Of a DNA stretch of 64,000 nucleotides, positions 27,448 to 37,273 are shown piece by piece. The stretch is from an uncultured Brevifollis sp. Lineage in GTDB: Bacteria; Verrucomicrobiota; Verrucomicrobiia; Verrucomicrobiales; Verrucomicrobiaceae. The position numbers and the translations under genes are program-made. The notes below the pieces were generated by a model. The model was not told where the DNA came from. It saw only the letters and a program-made list of their open reading frames with translations, and searched no databases. Location of the stretch: the NCBI GenBank assembly GCA_964583255.1, contig CAZOVY010000004.1:31100-95099 (forward strand), read 5' to 3'. How positions within the stretch are numbered: the stretch's first letter is position 1; each line of letters begins with the position of its first letter.

Positions 27448-30400
27448 ATGTCAGATTCCTTTGTCCATCTCCACCTGCACTCCGAGTACTCGCTGCTCGA
27501 TGGTGCCGTGCGTCTCGACGACCTCGTCGCCCGCACCAAGAAGCTGGAGATGCCAGCGGTGGCGCTAACGGATCACGGCAATCTTTATGGAGCCATCGAC
27601 TTCTACATGGCGGCAAAGAAGGCCAAGCTGAAAGCCATCCTCGGTTGTGAGGTCTATCTGGCTCCGGGGTCGATGCACGAGAAGAAGGACATCCAAGGAA
27701 GGAAGCGCGAATCGCATCTGACTCTTCTGGCCGCCAGCAATGAGGGCTACGAGAACCTGTCACGCCTCGTCACTGAAGCACATCTCTACGGCAAGTGGGA
27801 CAATCCGCGCCTCGACCGTGAGCTGCTGCGCAAGCACAGCAAAGGACTGATCTGCCTGAGCGGCTGCCTTAAAGGTGAGATCAACGAGCTGCTTCTCAGT
27901 GATCGCAAAGACGAGGCGGAAAAGAGCCTCATCGAGTTTCGCGACATCTTCGGCCCGGAGAATTTCTATCTGGAACTCATGAATCACGGCATGGAGCAGC
28001 AGCGCACCGTGACGCGCCAGCTCCTGGAATGGGCACCAAAGTATGGGCTGAAAACCGTGGCCACGAATGACGTGCATTTCATGGATCGTGGTGATCATGA
28101 AAGCCACGACGTCATGATCTGCATCGGCTCCGGTTCAAACGTGCATGACGTGAACCGCGTCACCTACTCGCCTGAAGTCTATTTCAAAACAGCCGAGGAA
28201 ATGCGCGCGCTGTTTCGCGAGACTCCTGAGGCCTGTGACAACACGCTAGAGATCGCCGAACGCTGCGACATCAGCATCAAACTCGATGCCACGAGCATCG
28301 AGCGTTACCCACAATACAAGCCGCCGGGCGGTGAGGATCGGAATGACTACCTGCGCCATCTTTGTGAAGAAGGACTCATCCGCCGCTATGGCCGCGACCG
28401 CGCGCTGAATGACGAAGCGCTGCGTCAGCGCATGGACTATGAGCTAGCGCTGCTCGCTGAGAAAAACTTCACCAGTTACTTCCTCATCGTTTGGGATTTC
28501 ATCAATTGGGCGCGTGAGCAGGGCATCCCGGTAGGGCCGGGCCGTGGCTCGGCGGCAGGCTCGGTCGTCGCCTATGTGCTCGGCATCACGGACATCGACC
28601 CGCTGCGCTTCCAGCTCGTTTTTGAGCGTTTCCTTAATCCTGAACGCGTCAGCCCGCCCGACATCGACATCGACTTTTGCCAGACTCGGCGTGGCGAGGT
28701 TATTCAGTATGTTAGGCAGAAATATGGTGAGCTGAGCGTCAGTCACATCATCACCTTCGGCACCATGGGCGCGAAGTCCGTGGTGCGTGACGTGGGTCGC
28801 GTGCTCGGCTGGAGTTATGGTGATGCGGATCGCCTTTCCAAAATGATCCCTACCGAGCTGAACATCACGCTCGCCGGTGAAGACATGTTTGATAAAGCCA
28901 CGGGCAAGAACGTCCACACCGATGGCGCGATCGACAAAAATCCCGACCTGAAAAAGTACATCGAGGAAGACAGCAACGCGCAGGAGCTGTGGAAGCACGC
29001 GCTGTTCCTCGAAGGCATCACACGTGGCGTCGGCATTCATGCGGCGGGCGTCGTCATCGGTGATAAGCCGCTCTACGACTTCATCGCCCTCACACGCGGG
29101 AACGAAGAAGAAATCGTTTCTCAGTTTGCCATGAAGCCGCTCACCGAGCTGGGCATGTTGAAGATGGACTTCCTCGGTCTCAAAACGCTGACCGTGATTC
29201 ATGAGGCGGAGCAGTGGGTGCAGAAGCGTGTGGCAGACTTCAACACGGGCGACATGCCGCTCGATGACACGAAGACTTTTGAGATGCTACAGCGCGGGGA
29301 AACGGTCGCGGTGTTCCAAATGGAATCCGGCGGTATGATCAATACCTGCAAGCAGCTCGGACCCGATAAGATCGAGGAAATTATCGCTATCCTCGCCCTG
29401 TATCGTCCAGGGCCGATGCAGTTCATTCCCGATTTCATCGCGCGTAAAAAAGGCCTGGAACAAGTCGAGTATCCGCATCCGCTGCTGGAAACTATCGCCA
29501 AGGAAACGTACGGCATTTTGGTCTATCAAGAGCAGGTGCAGCAGGCGGCCAACGTGCTCGCTGGCTTCTCCCTCGGTCAGGCGGATTTACTCCGACGAGC
29601 CATGGGTAAAAAGGATCTCGCCGAGATGGCCCGGCAGCGTATCGCTTTCGTCGAAGGCTGCCTCAAGACCAACGACATCGGCGACAAGCAGGCAAACGCG
29701 GTCTTCGATTTGCTGGAGAAATTTGCGCAGTACGGCTTCAACAAATCTCACTCCGCCGCTTACGGGATCGTCACCTATCGCACAGCCTTTTTGAAGGCCA
29801 ACTTCCCAGTCGAGTTCATGACCGGCGTGCTCAGTCTGGAAGTCAGCAACACGGACAAAATCGCCAACTTTGTCAGTGAATGCCAGCGCATGGGCATCAT
29901 CATCCTGCCGCCGGACGTCAATAACTCGCTGCTCAAGTTTTCACCCGAACGCACCAAGGACGCCAACTCGGAAAACCACGAGCCCAACGCCATCCGCTAC
30001 GGACTCAGCGCGGTTAAAAATGTCGGCGAGGGTGCCATGGCAGCGGCGATTGAGGAGCGCACGAACAACGGCCCCTTCAAGTCCATCGAAGACTTCGCCG
30101 CGCGCATGGACACGCGGGCCGTGAACAAGAAATTGCTAGAGGCACTGGTGAAGTCGGGAGCCTTTGATTTCACCAAGGAGGACCGCGCGACCATGTTCGC
30201 AAAGCTAGAGCAGGTGCTTGCCTCCGCAGCCTCCATGCAGAAGGACAAGAAGGCCGGACAGGGCGGACTCTTTGACGACTTCGCCATGGCTCCTCCGAAG
30301 AAGGCGGCCGCGCAAATCACGGTCGAGCCGTGGACGATGGACGAGGTGCTGGCGTTTGAAAAAGAGCTGCTTGGCTTCTATGTCAGTGGTCATCCGCTCG

Positions 30401-31011
30401 ACAGTTATCGCGGCAACTTCGACTCCACGAAGATCACCAAACTCATCGCGGTCAATGAAGTGGATGTCAGCGCCAAGCCGCAGACCATCTTCATCGCCGG
30501 CATCGTCAACACGATGGAAGTGCGGTACTCGAAGAAGGACAACCGACCCTTTGCCACCTTCACGTTTGAAGACTTCACCGGCCAGATCGAGCTGATGGCC
30601 TGGAGTGAAGAATACGAGAAATTTAAAGACGTGCTCAAAGTCGGCAGCGTGCTCGGCCTGCGCTGCCGCTGCATGAAGGACCAGCGAACCGAAGGCAACC
30701 GCCTCACGCTTAGCGACGCTAAAGAACTGAAGCCCAAAAAGGCGCGTGATCCTAGCATGATCGCCGCCGCTGCGGCTGTGGAGAAACCCGTGGCACCGCC
30801 CAAGCCTCTGTTGCTGCGCCTCGACTGCCGCAAGCACGGTGAGATCGACTTGGACCGCATTCACGAAGTCCTCACCCAGCACCCCGGCGACCTGCCCGTG
30901 ATCTTTGAATTCAGCTACAACGGCGGCAGCAAAGTCCGCCTGGAGGCCGGTGATGAGTTCCGCATCACTCAGACAAAGGATTTGGTTCAGGCACTGATGA
31001 TCTGGCTGTAG
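27448..31011 (+). CDS. dnaE: DNA polymerase III subunit alpha
   Basis: PHP motif HLHSEYSLLDG, GPGRGSAAGS, PDIDID, KMDFLGL, YGFNKSH and C-terminal OB fold. Start at MSDSF. Confidence 0.98.
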   Translation: MSDSFVHLHLHSEYSLLDGAVRLDDLVARTKKLEMPAVALTDHGNLYGAIDFYMAAKKAKLKAILGCEVYLAPGSMHEKKDIQGRKRESHLTLLAASNEGYENLSRLVTEAHLYGKWDNPRLDRELLRKHSKGLICLSGCLKGEINELLLSDRKDEAEKSLIEFRDIFGPENFYLELMNHGMEQQRTVTRQLLEWAPKYGLKTVATNDVHFMDRGDHESHDVMICIGSGSNVHDVNRVTYSPEVYFKTAEEMRALFRETPEACDNTLEIAERCDISIKLDATSIERYPQYKPPGGEDRNDYLRHLCEEGLIRRYGRDRALNDEALRQRMDYELALLAEKNFTSYFLIVWDFINWAREQGIPVGPGRGSAAGSVVAYVLGITDIDPLRFQLVFERFLNPERVSPPDIDIDFCQTRRGEVIQYVRQKYGELSVSHIITFGTMGAKSVVRDVGRVLGWSYGDADRLSKMIPTELNITLAGEDMFDKATGKNVHTDGAIDKNPDLKKYIEEDSNAQELWKHALFLEGITRGVGIHAAGVVIGDKPLYDFIALTRGNEEEIVSQFAMKPLTELGMLKMDFLGLKTLTVIHEAEQWVQKRVADFNTGDMPLDDTKTFEMLQRGETVAVFQMESGGMINTCKQLGPDKIEEIIAILALYRPGPMQFIPDFIARKKGLEQVEYPHPLLETIAKETYGILVYQEQVQQAANVLAGFSLGQADLLRRAMGKKDLAEMARQRIAFVEGCLKTNDIGDKQANAVFDLLEKFAQYGFNKSHSAAYGIVTYRTAFLKANFPVEFMTGVLSLEVSNTDKIANFVSECQRMGIIILPPDVNNSLLKFSPERTKDANSENHEPNAIRYGLSAVKNVGEGAMAAAIEERTNNGPFKSIEDFAARMDTRAVNKKLLEALVKSGAFDFTKEDRATMFAKLEQVLASAASMQKDKKAGQGGLFDDFAMAPPKKAAAQITVEPWTMDEVLAFEKELLGFYVSGHPLDSYRGNFDSTKITKLIAVNEVDVSAKPQTIFIAGIVNTMEVRYSKKDNRPFATFTFEDFTGQIELMAWSEEYEKFKDVLKVGSVLGLRCRCMKDQRTEGNRLTLSDAKELKPKKARDPSMIAAAAAVEKPVAPPKPLLLRLDCRKHGEIDLDRIHEVLTQHPGDLPVIFEFSYNGGSKVRLEAGDEFRITQTKDLVQALMIWL

Positions 31012-31059
31012 CGGACGAGCTTGCACCAACGATCTAGCCGCCCAAGATGCGCGTCCTTT

Positions 31060-31797
31060 ATGAGTGACTTCAAACTACTGGTGACCGGCTGCAAAGGCCG
31101 CATGGGACAGGCCGTGATCGACGCTGCCGACGCGCAGGGCGTCATGGTGGGAGCGGGCATTGATGTGGGAGATTCCCTGCCAGTCGGGCTCGATCTCTGT
31201 GACTGTGTGATTGACTTCACCTCGCATCATTTCACCGACGAGTTGCTCGCCGAATGTCTGAAGCAGAAGAAAAGCATGGTCATCGGCACCACCGGCCACA
31301 CGGCGGATGAACTGGCGCGTATCAAGGAAGCCTCCAAGACCCTGCCCATCGTCTTCGCCTCCAACTTCAGCGTCGGCGTGAACACACTCTTCTGGCTCAC
31401 GCGCAAAGCCGCAGAACTGCTCGGCCCTGACTTCGATCTCGAAGTGCTGGAGATGCATCACCGCCTGAAAAAGGACAGTCCGAGCGGCACGGCTCGCACG
31501 CTGGTCGAGATCCTCGCTGACGTGCGTGGTCTCGAGTATGACAAAGACTGCCGCCACGGTCGCTTTGGCGATGTCGGTGCCCGCACCCCAAAAGAGATTG
31601 GCGTTCACGCCATCCGTGGTGGCGATGTCGTCGGTGATCACACCGTCGTCTTTGCGAACATGGGCGAGCGCGTCGAACTCACCCACAAAGCCAGCAGCCG
31701 CGACACCTTCGCCGGCGGAGCCGTCCGCGCCGCGCGCTGGCTGAATGGCAAGCCCGCCGGTCTCTATGACATGCAGGACGTGCTGGGGCTGAAGTAG
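31060..31797 (+). CDS. dapB: 4-hydroxy-tetrahydrodipicolinate reductase
   Basis: GCKGRMG, GTTG, NFSVG and EMHHRLKKDSPSGTA. Confidence 0.97.
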   Translation: MSDFKLLVTGCKGRMGQAVIDAADAQGVMVGAGIDVGDSLPVGLDLCDCVIDFTSHHFTDELLAECLKQKKSMVIGTTGHTADELARIKEASKTLPIVFASNFSVGVNTLFWLTRKAAELLGPDFDLEVLEMHHRLKKDSPSGTARTLVEILADVRGLEYDKDCRHGRFGDVGARTPKEIGVHAIRGGDVVGDHTVVFANMGERVELTHKASSRDTFAGGAVRAARWLNGKPAGLYDMQDVLGLK

Positions 31798-31798
31798 A

Positions 31799-31894
31799 AG
31801 TTGGCGATGGTTTGCAGTTGTTTGTAGTTGTTTGCGATGGTTTGAATCCAAGCCACTGCAAACAACAGCCAACCATTGCAAACAACAGCCAACT
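31799..31894. repeat. Imperfect inverted repeat built from 10-nt tandem units
   Basis: Left arm agttggcgatggtttgcagttgtttgtagttgtttgcgatggtttga. The right arm reverse-complements to agttggctgttgtttgcaatggttggctgttgtttgcagtggcttgg. Confidence 0.85.
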
Positions 31895-32397
31895 CCCCCT
31901 TCGGCATCGCTCTCGGCACCAATCTCGGTGATCGGCAGGCGAACTTGCGTCGTGGTGTGACTATGCTCGTCGGGCGTGTCCATCCGACGGCCACCATCGC
32001 GGGTGGTTGTTATGAAACTGATCCCGTGGACTGCGCGCCGGGAACCCAGGCTTTCTTGAATAGCGTCATCGAGATCGAAGCCGCCTGCACGCCACAGGAG
32101 ATGCACGAGCATCTTCAGGCCGTTGAATTAGAGATGGGTCGGCCTGCGGTTCGTGAGAAGAACTCGCCACGCTCGCTGGATCTCGATCTGCTCTATGCGG
32201 GTGACTTTGTCAGTGATGATCCCGTGCTGATCGTGCCGCATCCGCGCCTGCATCTGCGGCGCTTTGTGTTGCAGCCTTTGGCGGACATTCGACCTGAGCT
32301 GATCCTGCCCGGACACCAGCTCACCATTGCAGAACATCTAGCCACGCTGACGGATGATCCTGATGAGGTGCGCCTCGTCGAAAAAGCGTGGCTGTAA
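31876..32397 (+). CDS. folK: 2-amino-4-hydroxy-6-hydroxymethyldihydropteridine diphosphokinase
   Basis: IALGTNLGDR, YETDP, FLN, PRSLDLDLL and PHPRL..RRFVL.PL. The TTG start is uncertain. Confidence 0.95.
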   Translation: MQTTANSPFGIALGTNLGDRQANLRRGVTMLVGRVHPTATIAGGCYETDPVDCAPGTQAFLNSVIEIEAACTPQEMHEHLQAVELEMGRPAVREKNSPRSLDLDLLYAGDFVSDDPVLIVPHPRLHLRRFVLQPLADIRPELILPGHQLTIAEHLATLTDDPDEVRLVEKAWL

Positions 32398-32424
32398 GCT
32401 ACGTGAATCCGGGGCAGCCAGATT

Positions 32425-33318
32425 TTATGAACGTCTAATCCGATATAGGGGTGTCGGCAGATGCTCGCTGGTGAACCAGAGTGTCTCGCCATCGGCATCG
32501 TAGCAGAGGGACTCCATCTGACTGGTGAGTGGCGGCTCGATGAGGTGCGCGGCTTTTTGCAGCGCTGATTTCAGTGACTCGCCCGGACTGATCTTCCATT
32601 CATGGATGAAGCTGTAGGTGGCGATGGCGAGGCGGCTGCCGTCGGGTGAAAAGCAGCCAGCGGTGGTCTGGCAGGCGTCACGCGGGCGCTTGCCGAGATG
32701 GTCGCGCTCTGGGAAATCTAAATCGGTGATCTTCTCTAAGACCATTGGCTTACCGTCGGTCAGTACTTTTGGAAAAGCATACATGGAGCAATGTCCGTCT
32801 TCTGTTTTGGTCACGACATAGACTCGTAATGTCTTCGGGTGCACGAGCAATGTCTCGGCGTTGTGATGGCCGTCAGGATAGCTTGCATGCCAGATCTTGG
32901 GTTCGGCAGAAAGGGCTTCATTACCGACTGACTCTGGCAGCGATGGCTCGGGGATTTGGTAAATCTGAATGCTGGGGCGCACGAATAAATTGTCCCCAAT
33001 GTCACCGATGATTAGCACGGGCTTGCCCTCAACATCTTTGGCTGAAGTCATGTCCTCCCAGTCAAAGTTCACGGCATGTGGCACGCGCACTTTCGCCAGT
33101 GTCTTGCCTGTGCGGGAGATGGCGTAAACACAGGGATCACTGGCCGAGTCATTGTGGGTCCAGAAGATCTGTGGATCACGCAGGCTCTGGGTGAGGCCGG
33201 AGCTCTCATCGATGCGCTTGTCCTCCAGCACGGCGATGCGCTCAGCCTGTGATTTGTCGATCGACTGTGCTGTGCAAATCGTGGCGAGCAGACTGCCGAT
33301 GATGACTAGCGTCTTCAC
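32425..33318 (-). CDS. Secreted beta-propeller protein (ESSG/HND/DWED/GDIGDN family)
   Basis: Signal peptide with ESSGL, WTHNDS, DWED, GDIGDN, NAE and QMES acidic motifs. Confidence 0.7.
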   Translation of the reverse strand: MKTLVIIGSLLATICTAQSIDKSQAERIAVLEDKRIDESSGLTQSLRDPQIFWTHNDSASDPCVYAISRTGKTLAKVRVPHAVNFDWEDMTSAKDVEGKPVLIIGDIGDNLFVRPSIQIYQIPEPSLPESVGNEALSAEPKIWHASYPDGHHNAETLLVHPKTLRVYVVTKTEDGHCSMYAFPKVLTDGKPMVLEKITDLDFPERDHLGKRPRDACQTTAGCFSPDGSRLAIATYSFIHEWKISPGESLKSALQKAAHLIEPPLTSQMESLCYDADGETLWFTSEHLPTPLYRIRRS

Positions 33319-33319
33319 A

Positions 33320-34069
33320 TTAGCCGAGGGGTTGTGAAGGGCCGGGGATGAGGCGGTTGTAGTGCAGGTTCACGCGATTGAGAAACCACTGCCAAGTGCC
33401 ACCTGGGCGACCACCATCCATGAGGAAAATGGGACAGTTCTTGTGCGGGTCTTTGATATGTGGGCTGATGCGCGGCCAGTGATAATGCGGCACCACATGG
33501 TTGAGAGGGATGCTGTAAGTGTACATCAGCGCTGCAGCTAGCCGGGCTGTTTTATCAATGGTGAGCGCGATGTCATTGCCACGATGCTCACACATCTCGA
33601 TGCCGATGCTGTAGTTGTTTCCAGGGCCATCAAAGTCAGCGTGCTCGCCCTGCTCACGGCATGGCAGGTGCTGGATGGCGACATTGTCCTGCACGGTGAA
33701 ATGCCAGGTGAGGAAGCCGATGCGGTTGCCTCCTTTGCGCTTCGGCGCACGCAGGGCTCCTCGCTTCAAAGCCAGCGCATGATTGAAGGCATCACCGGTG
33801 TAATTTTGCGTACTGTGAATGGTGATGTACTTCGGCGTCATCGGCCGATAAACATAGCGTCCTACTTTACCCGCAGGGATGAGATCACGCCGAATGCCGA
33901 CCTCTGCGAGTAGCTGTGCAGGCGTGACTCGCGGTAGCCCGGCGTCACGATAGCGCGACTCCCATTGGGCGATTTTTGAGCGATTGCCCGTTGGACTGCT
34001 ACAAGCAGCAACGATGACCGTGATGAGCAGTAGTGTGGGGATGGCATGGAGTGCCCAGGCTTTCTTCAT
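33320..34069 (-). CDS. N-acetylmuramoyl-L-alanine amidase (Amidase_2) lipoprotein
   Basis: Lipobox VAAC, ITIHST, WHFTV, SIGIEMC, VVPH and HKNCP zinc ligands. Confidence 0.9.
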   Translation of the reverse strand: MKKAWALHAIPTLLLITVIVAACSSPTGNRSKIAQWESRYRDAGLPRVTPAQLLAEVGIRRDLIPAGKVGRYVYRPMTPKYITIHSTQNYTGDAFNHALALKRGALRAPKRKGGNRIGFLTWHFTVQDNVAIQHLPCREQGEHADFDGPGNNYSIGIEMCEHRGNDIALTIDKTARLAAALMYTYSIPLNHVVPHYHWPRISPHIKDPHKNCPIFLMDGGRPGGTWQWFLNRVNLHYNRLIPGPSQPLG

Positions 34070-34242
34070 GAGGCAGAATATGTCCTTCGATGATCGGTTT
34101 GCCAGCGTGGATAGCTCGAAATTTGTTAAGCAGTGCCGGGCAGTGCAAAGGATGTCTGGGTTGACATGCTGGGCACGAGTCGTCTAGATGAGAATGCGGA
34201 GCGGCATGAAATCTGCGTTCCCTCCCCCACTTGTTTGACACG

Positions 34243-35169
34243 ATGTCTATGCTTTTTCGATTCTCCGCCGCTGCCCTGTCCCTTGTTTTATCTGCCTGTT
34301 CTGCCGGACAATCAGCGCGCATGGCGGGCGACATGAACAATGGTTACTCCCGACCAGCGGCCTATCAGCCGGGCTTTGATGTCGGGGCTGAGCCCATGTT
34401 TGCAGCATCTAGCGTCCCTGGCATCCGTGCTGCCTCGTATCTGCTCATCGACGCGAGCAATGGCAAGCTTCTCGCCTCTAGGAGCTCCGAGACAGCACGC
34501 GGCGTGGCAAGCACGCAGAAGATCGTCACGGCACTCGTCGTGCTCGATGCGGGTGATCTCGATAAGACCGTCACGGTTCAAGCTTCTGACATTCGAGTGG
34601 AGCCGACGACGCTCGGCCTGCGTGCAGGTGAAAGGTACACTCGGCGTCACTTGCTGTATGCCTTCCTTGTTAAAAGCGCCAATGATGTGGCCAATGTGCT
34701 GGCTCGTGACAATGCGGGTAGCATCAGCGCTTTTGCCGTGAAGATGACCGCCAAAGCGCGCTCGCTTGGCTGCTCGAATTCAAATTTCAAAAATCCCCAC
34801 GGACTGACCGCCTCGGGTCAGTATTCTACGGCACGCGACATGGGCCGTCTGGCCATGGCTGCTTATCGGAACCCCATCATACGAGACATCGTCAGGCGTC
34901 CCTACTACACCTTTCGCCGCTCTGATGGCCGCACCGTCACGCTCAAAAATACCAACATGCTGCTGGGTGCTATGCCTGAGTGCAACGGCATGAAAACCGG
35001 CTACACCGTGGCAGCAGGTCGCTGTCTCATCTCCACCGCCAGCAGTCGCGGGCGGCATGTGATCCTCGTCCAGCTCGGCACCAAAACGAAGTACATCTGG
35101 GATGACGCGCGCACTCTCATGACCTGGGGTTTGCAACGCGCCAAGAGCGGCGGTGTGGCGATGAACTGA
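34243..35169 (+). CDS. D-alanyl-D-alanine carboxypeptidase (peptidase S11) lipoprotein
   Basis: Lipobox LSAC, with STQK (SxxK), SAN (SxN), NPHGL and KTG. Confidence 0.92.
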   Translation: MSMLFRFSAAALSLVLSACSAGQSARMAGDMNNGYSRPAAYQPGFDVGAEPMFAASSVPGIRAASYLLIDASNGKLLASRSSETARGVASTQKIVTALVVLDAGDLDKTVTVQASDIRVEPTTLGLRAGERYTRRHLLYAFLVKSANDVANVLARDNAGSISAFAVKMTAKARSLGCSNSNFKNPHGLTASGQYSTARDMGRLAMAAYRNPIIRDIVRRPYYTFRRSDGRTVTLKNTNMLLGAMPECNGMKTGYTVAAGRCLISTASSRGRHVILVQLGTKTKYIWDDARTLMTWGLQRAKSGGVAMN

Positions 35170-35212
35170 TTGATGGGAATGCGATCTGGCGTGCGTAGTG
35201 TGAGCTTCCACC

Positions 35213-36880
35213 ATGCGCACTCTTCTCGCCTTCTTCTGCCTCACTCTCACCACGCTTCATGCCGCTTTGCCGGAGGAGAAGCACATCGTTTTCCTTGGCG
35301 ATAGCATCACTCAAGCCGGGGGCTACATCGAAATCATCGAGGCGGCATTGATCGCGCAGCATCCTCAGGCGCACTATGAAATCATCCCGCTCGGACTCAG
35401 CAGTGAAACCGTGAGTGGCCTGAGTGAAGACGGCCACGCCAATGGAGCCTTCCCCCGCCCCGATCTGCATGAGCGGCTGGATCGTGCGCTGGAGAAAGCC
35501 AAGCCGCAGCTCGTCTTCGCCTGCTACGGCATGAACGACGGCATCTACTTCCCGCTCGGCACCGAGCGCATGAAAGCCTTCCAAGATGGCATGAAGAAAC
35601 TGCACGCCAAAGTCACCGCGACTGGCGCACGCATCGTTCATCTCACGCCGCCCGTGTTTGATCCGGTGCCGATCATGAAGCGCCTGCTCCCGGCTGGCCT
35701 GGACAAGTATCCCCAGCCATATCAGGGCTACAACGAAGTGCTCGATGCCTACAGCGACTGGCTTCTCAGCATGAAGAAGGAAGGCTGGGAAGTGCTGGAC
35801 ATCCACGGCCCCTTCAATGCTGCGCTGGCGGAGAAGCGGAAGGGTGACCCACAGTTCACCTTCTCCAAAGATGGCGTGCATCCAGGTGCTGAAGGTCATC
35901 TCATCATGGCTCATGCCGTGCTCGATGCCTGGGGTCTCAAAGTGAAGCCTGATGGCACGCCCGATCATGTGAATGGCGCAGCCATCCTCACCGCCATCAA
36001 AGCCAAGCAAGCCATCCTGCGCCCGGCGTGGCTCAGTCACGTCGGCCATAAGCGCCCTGGCAACAAACCCGGCCTACCAATGGATGAAGCAAAAACAAAG
36101 GCCGCTGAACTTGATGCAAAAGCTCGAAGCCTAGCCGCACTCTCCATTAGCAAAACCAGCGAGTGGAACGGCTACCCAAAATATGATATCGAAGTCGCTG
36201 GTAAGACCGTCACCATCGTCGTGCCGAAGTCTCCTGCTCCTGGTAAGCCCTGGGTCTGGCATGGCGAATTCTTTGGTCACAAACCAGCGCCAGACATCGC
36301 GCTGCTTGGCCAAGGTTTTCACATCGCCTACATGAAGATCAACGACATGCTCGGCAGCCCTGAGGCCGTGAAGCTTTGGAACCAATGCTACACGGAGTTG
36401 ACCACGCGCTATGCCCTCAGCAAGAAGCCAGCACTCGTCGGACTCAGTCGTGGCGGCTTGTATTGCTACAACTGGGCCACCGCCAATCCCGACAAAGTTT
36501 CCTGCATCTATGGCGACGCGCCTGTCTGCGACTTCAAGAGCTGGCCCGGTGGCAAGGGGAAGGGCAAAGGCGATCCCGCCAACTGGGCGGGTGTGCTCAA
36601 GCTTTGGAACTTCAAAGACGAAGCTGCCGCACTCGCCTACCAAGGCAATCCCATCGATAGCCTCGCTCCGCTTGCCAAAAATAACGTCCCCCTTCTGCAT
36701 GTGTTTGGTGACGCGGATGATGTCGTGCCATGGGAAGAAAACACAGGCTTGATCGAGTCACGCTACAAAGCGCTCGGCGGCAGCATCACGCTGATCCGCA
36801 AGCCCGGAGTTGGCCATCACCCGCATGGTCTGGATGACTCCACGCCGATCATCGAGTTCATCGCCAAGCACGCGAAATGA
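35213..36880 (+). CDS. Secreted SGNH hydrolase fused to an alpha/beta hydrolase domain
   Basis: GDSIT, GMND and DGVHP in the first domain. GLSRGG, GDADDVVP and HHPH in the second. Confidence 0.88.
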   Translation: MRTLLAFFCLTLTTLHAALPEEKHIVFLGDSITQAGGYIEIIEAALIAQHPQAHYEIIPLGLSSETVSGLSEDGHANGAFPRPDLHERLDRALEKAKPQLVFACYGMNDGIYFPLGTERMKAFQDGMKKLHAKVTATGARIVHLTPPVFDPVPIMKRLLPAGLDKYPQPYQGYNEVLDAYSDWLLSMKKEGWEVLDIHGPFNAALAEKRKGDPQFTFSKDGVHPGAEGHLIMAHAVLDAWGLKVKPDGTPDHVNGAAILTAIKAKQAILRPAWLSHVGHKRPGNKPGLPMDEAKTKAAELDAKARSLAALSISKTSEWNGYPKYDIEVAGKTVTIVVPKSPAPGKPWVWHGEFFGHKPAPDIALLGQGFHIAYMKINDMLGSPEAVKLWNQCYTELTTRYALSKKPALVGLSRGGLYCYNWATANPDKVSCIYGDAPVCDFKSWPGGKGKGKGDPANWAGVLKLWNFKDEAAALAYQGNPIDSLAPLAKNNVPLLHVFGDADDVVPWEENTGLIESRYKALGGSITLIRKPGVGHHPHGLDDSTPIIEFIAKHAK

Positions 36881-36883
36881 AAC

Positions 36884-37264
36884 TCACTCAGCGCGGTTGC
36901 GCATCATGTCGGCCACTTGAACAAAGAAGGGTTCCATCACGGCCACTGCCTCATCGGTCACTTCGACTTCACGCATCGCCGCGCCCATCATTTCCAGCCA
37001 GCGATCACGCTCGGCATTGCCGATAGAGAAAGGCATGTGCCGCCCACGTAGTCGCGGATGCCCACGCTCTTCGATGTAGGTCTGCGGTCCGCCAAAGCGA
37101 TACACGAGGAAGTCAGCGAGCCGCTTTTCCGAGCCAGCCCAATCCTCTGGCGGATACATTTTCCCGATCAGTGCATCTGTTTTAACTCGCAGATAAAACG
37201 CCGCCACCATCGCGCGCAGCTTGGCTTCACCGACTTCAGAACAAAGAGTATCGAGTGTGATCAT
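36884..37264 (-). CDS. Truncated (2/2) hemoglobin, group II-like
   Basis: V.AFY, FGGP..Y, GHPRLRGRH.PF.I and RDRWL. Confidence 0.92.
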   Translation of the reverse strand: MITLDTLCSEVGEAKLRAMVAAFYLRVKTDALIGKMYPPEDWAGSEKRLADFLVYRFGGPQTYIEERGHPRLRGRHMPFSIGNAERDRWLEMMGAAMREVEVTDEAVAVMEPFFVQVADMMRNRAE

Positions 37265-37273
37265 GGCAGATGA

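Noticed and set aside
27448..31011. Intein in dnaE
   Set aside because: The length is normal, there are no C...HN splice motifs, and only short insertions are present.
31799..31894. CRISPR array
   Set aside because: The 10-nt degenerate units have no unique spacers, and no cas genes are nearby.
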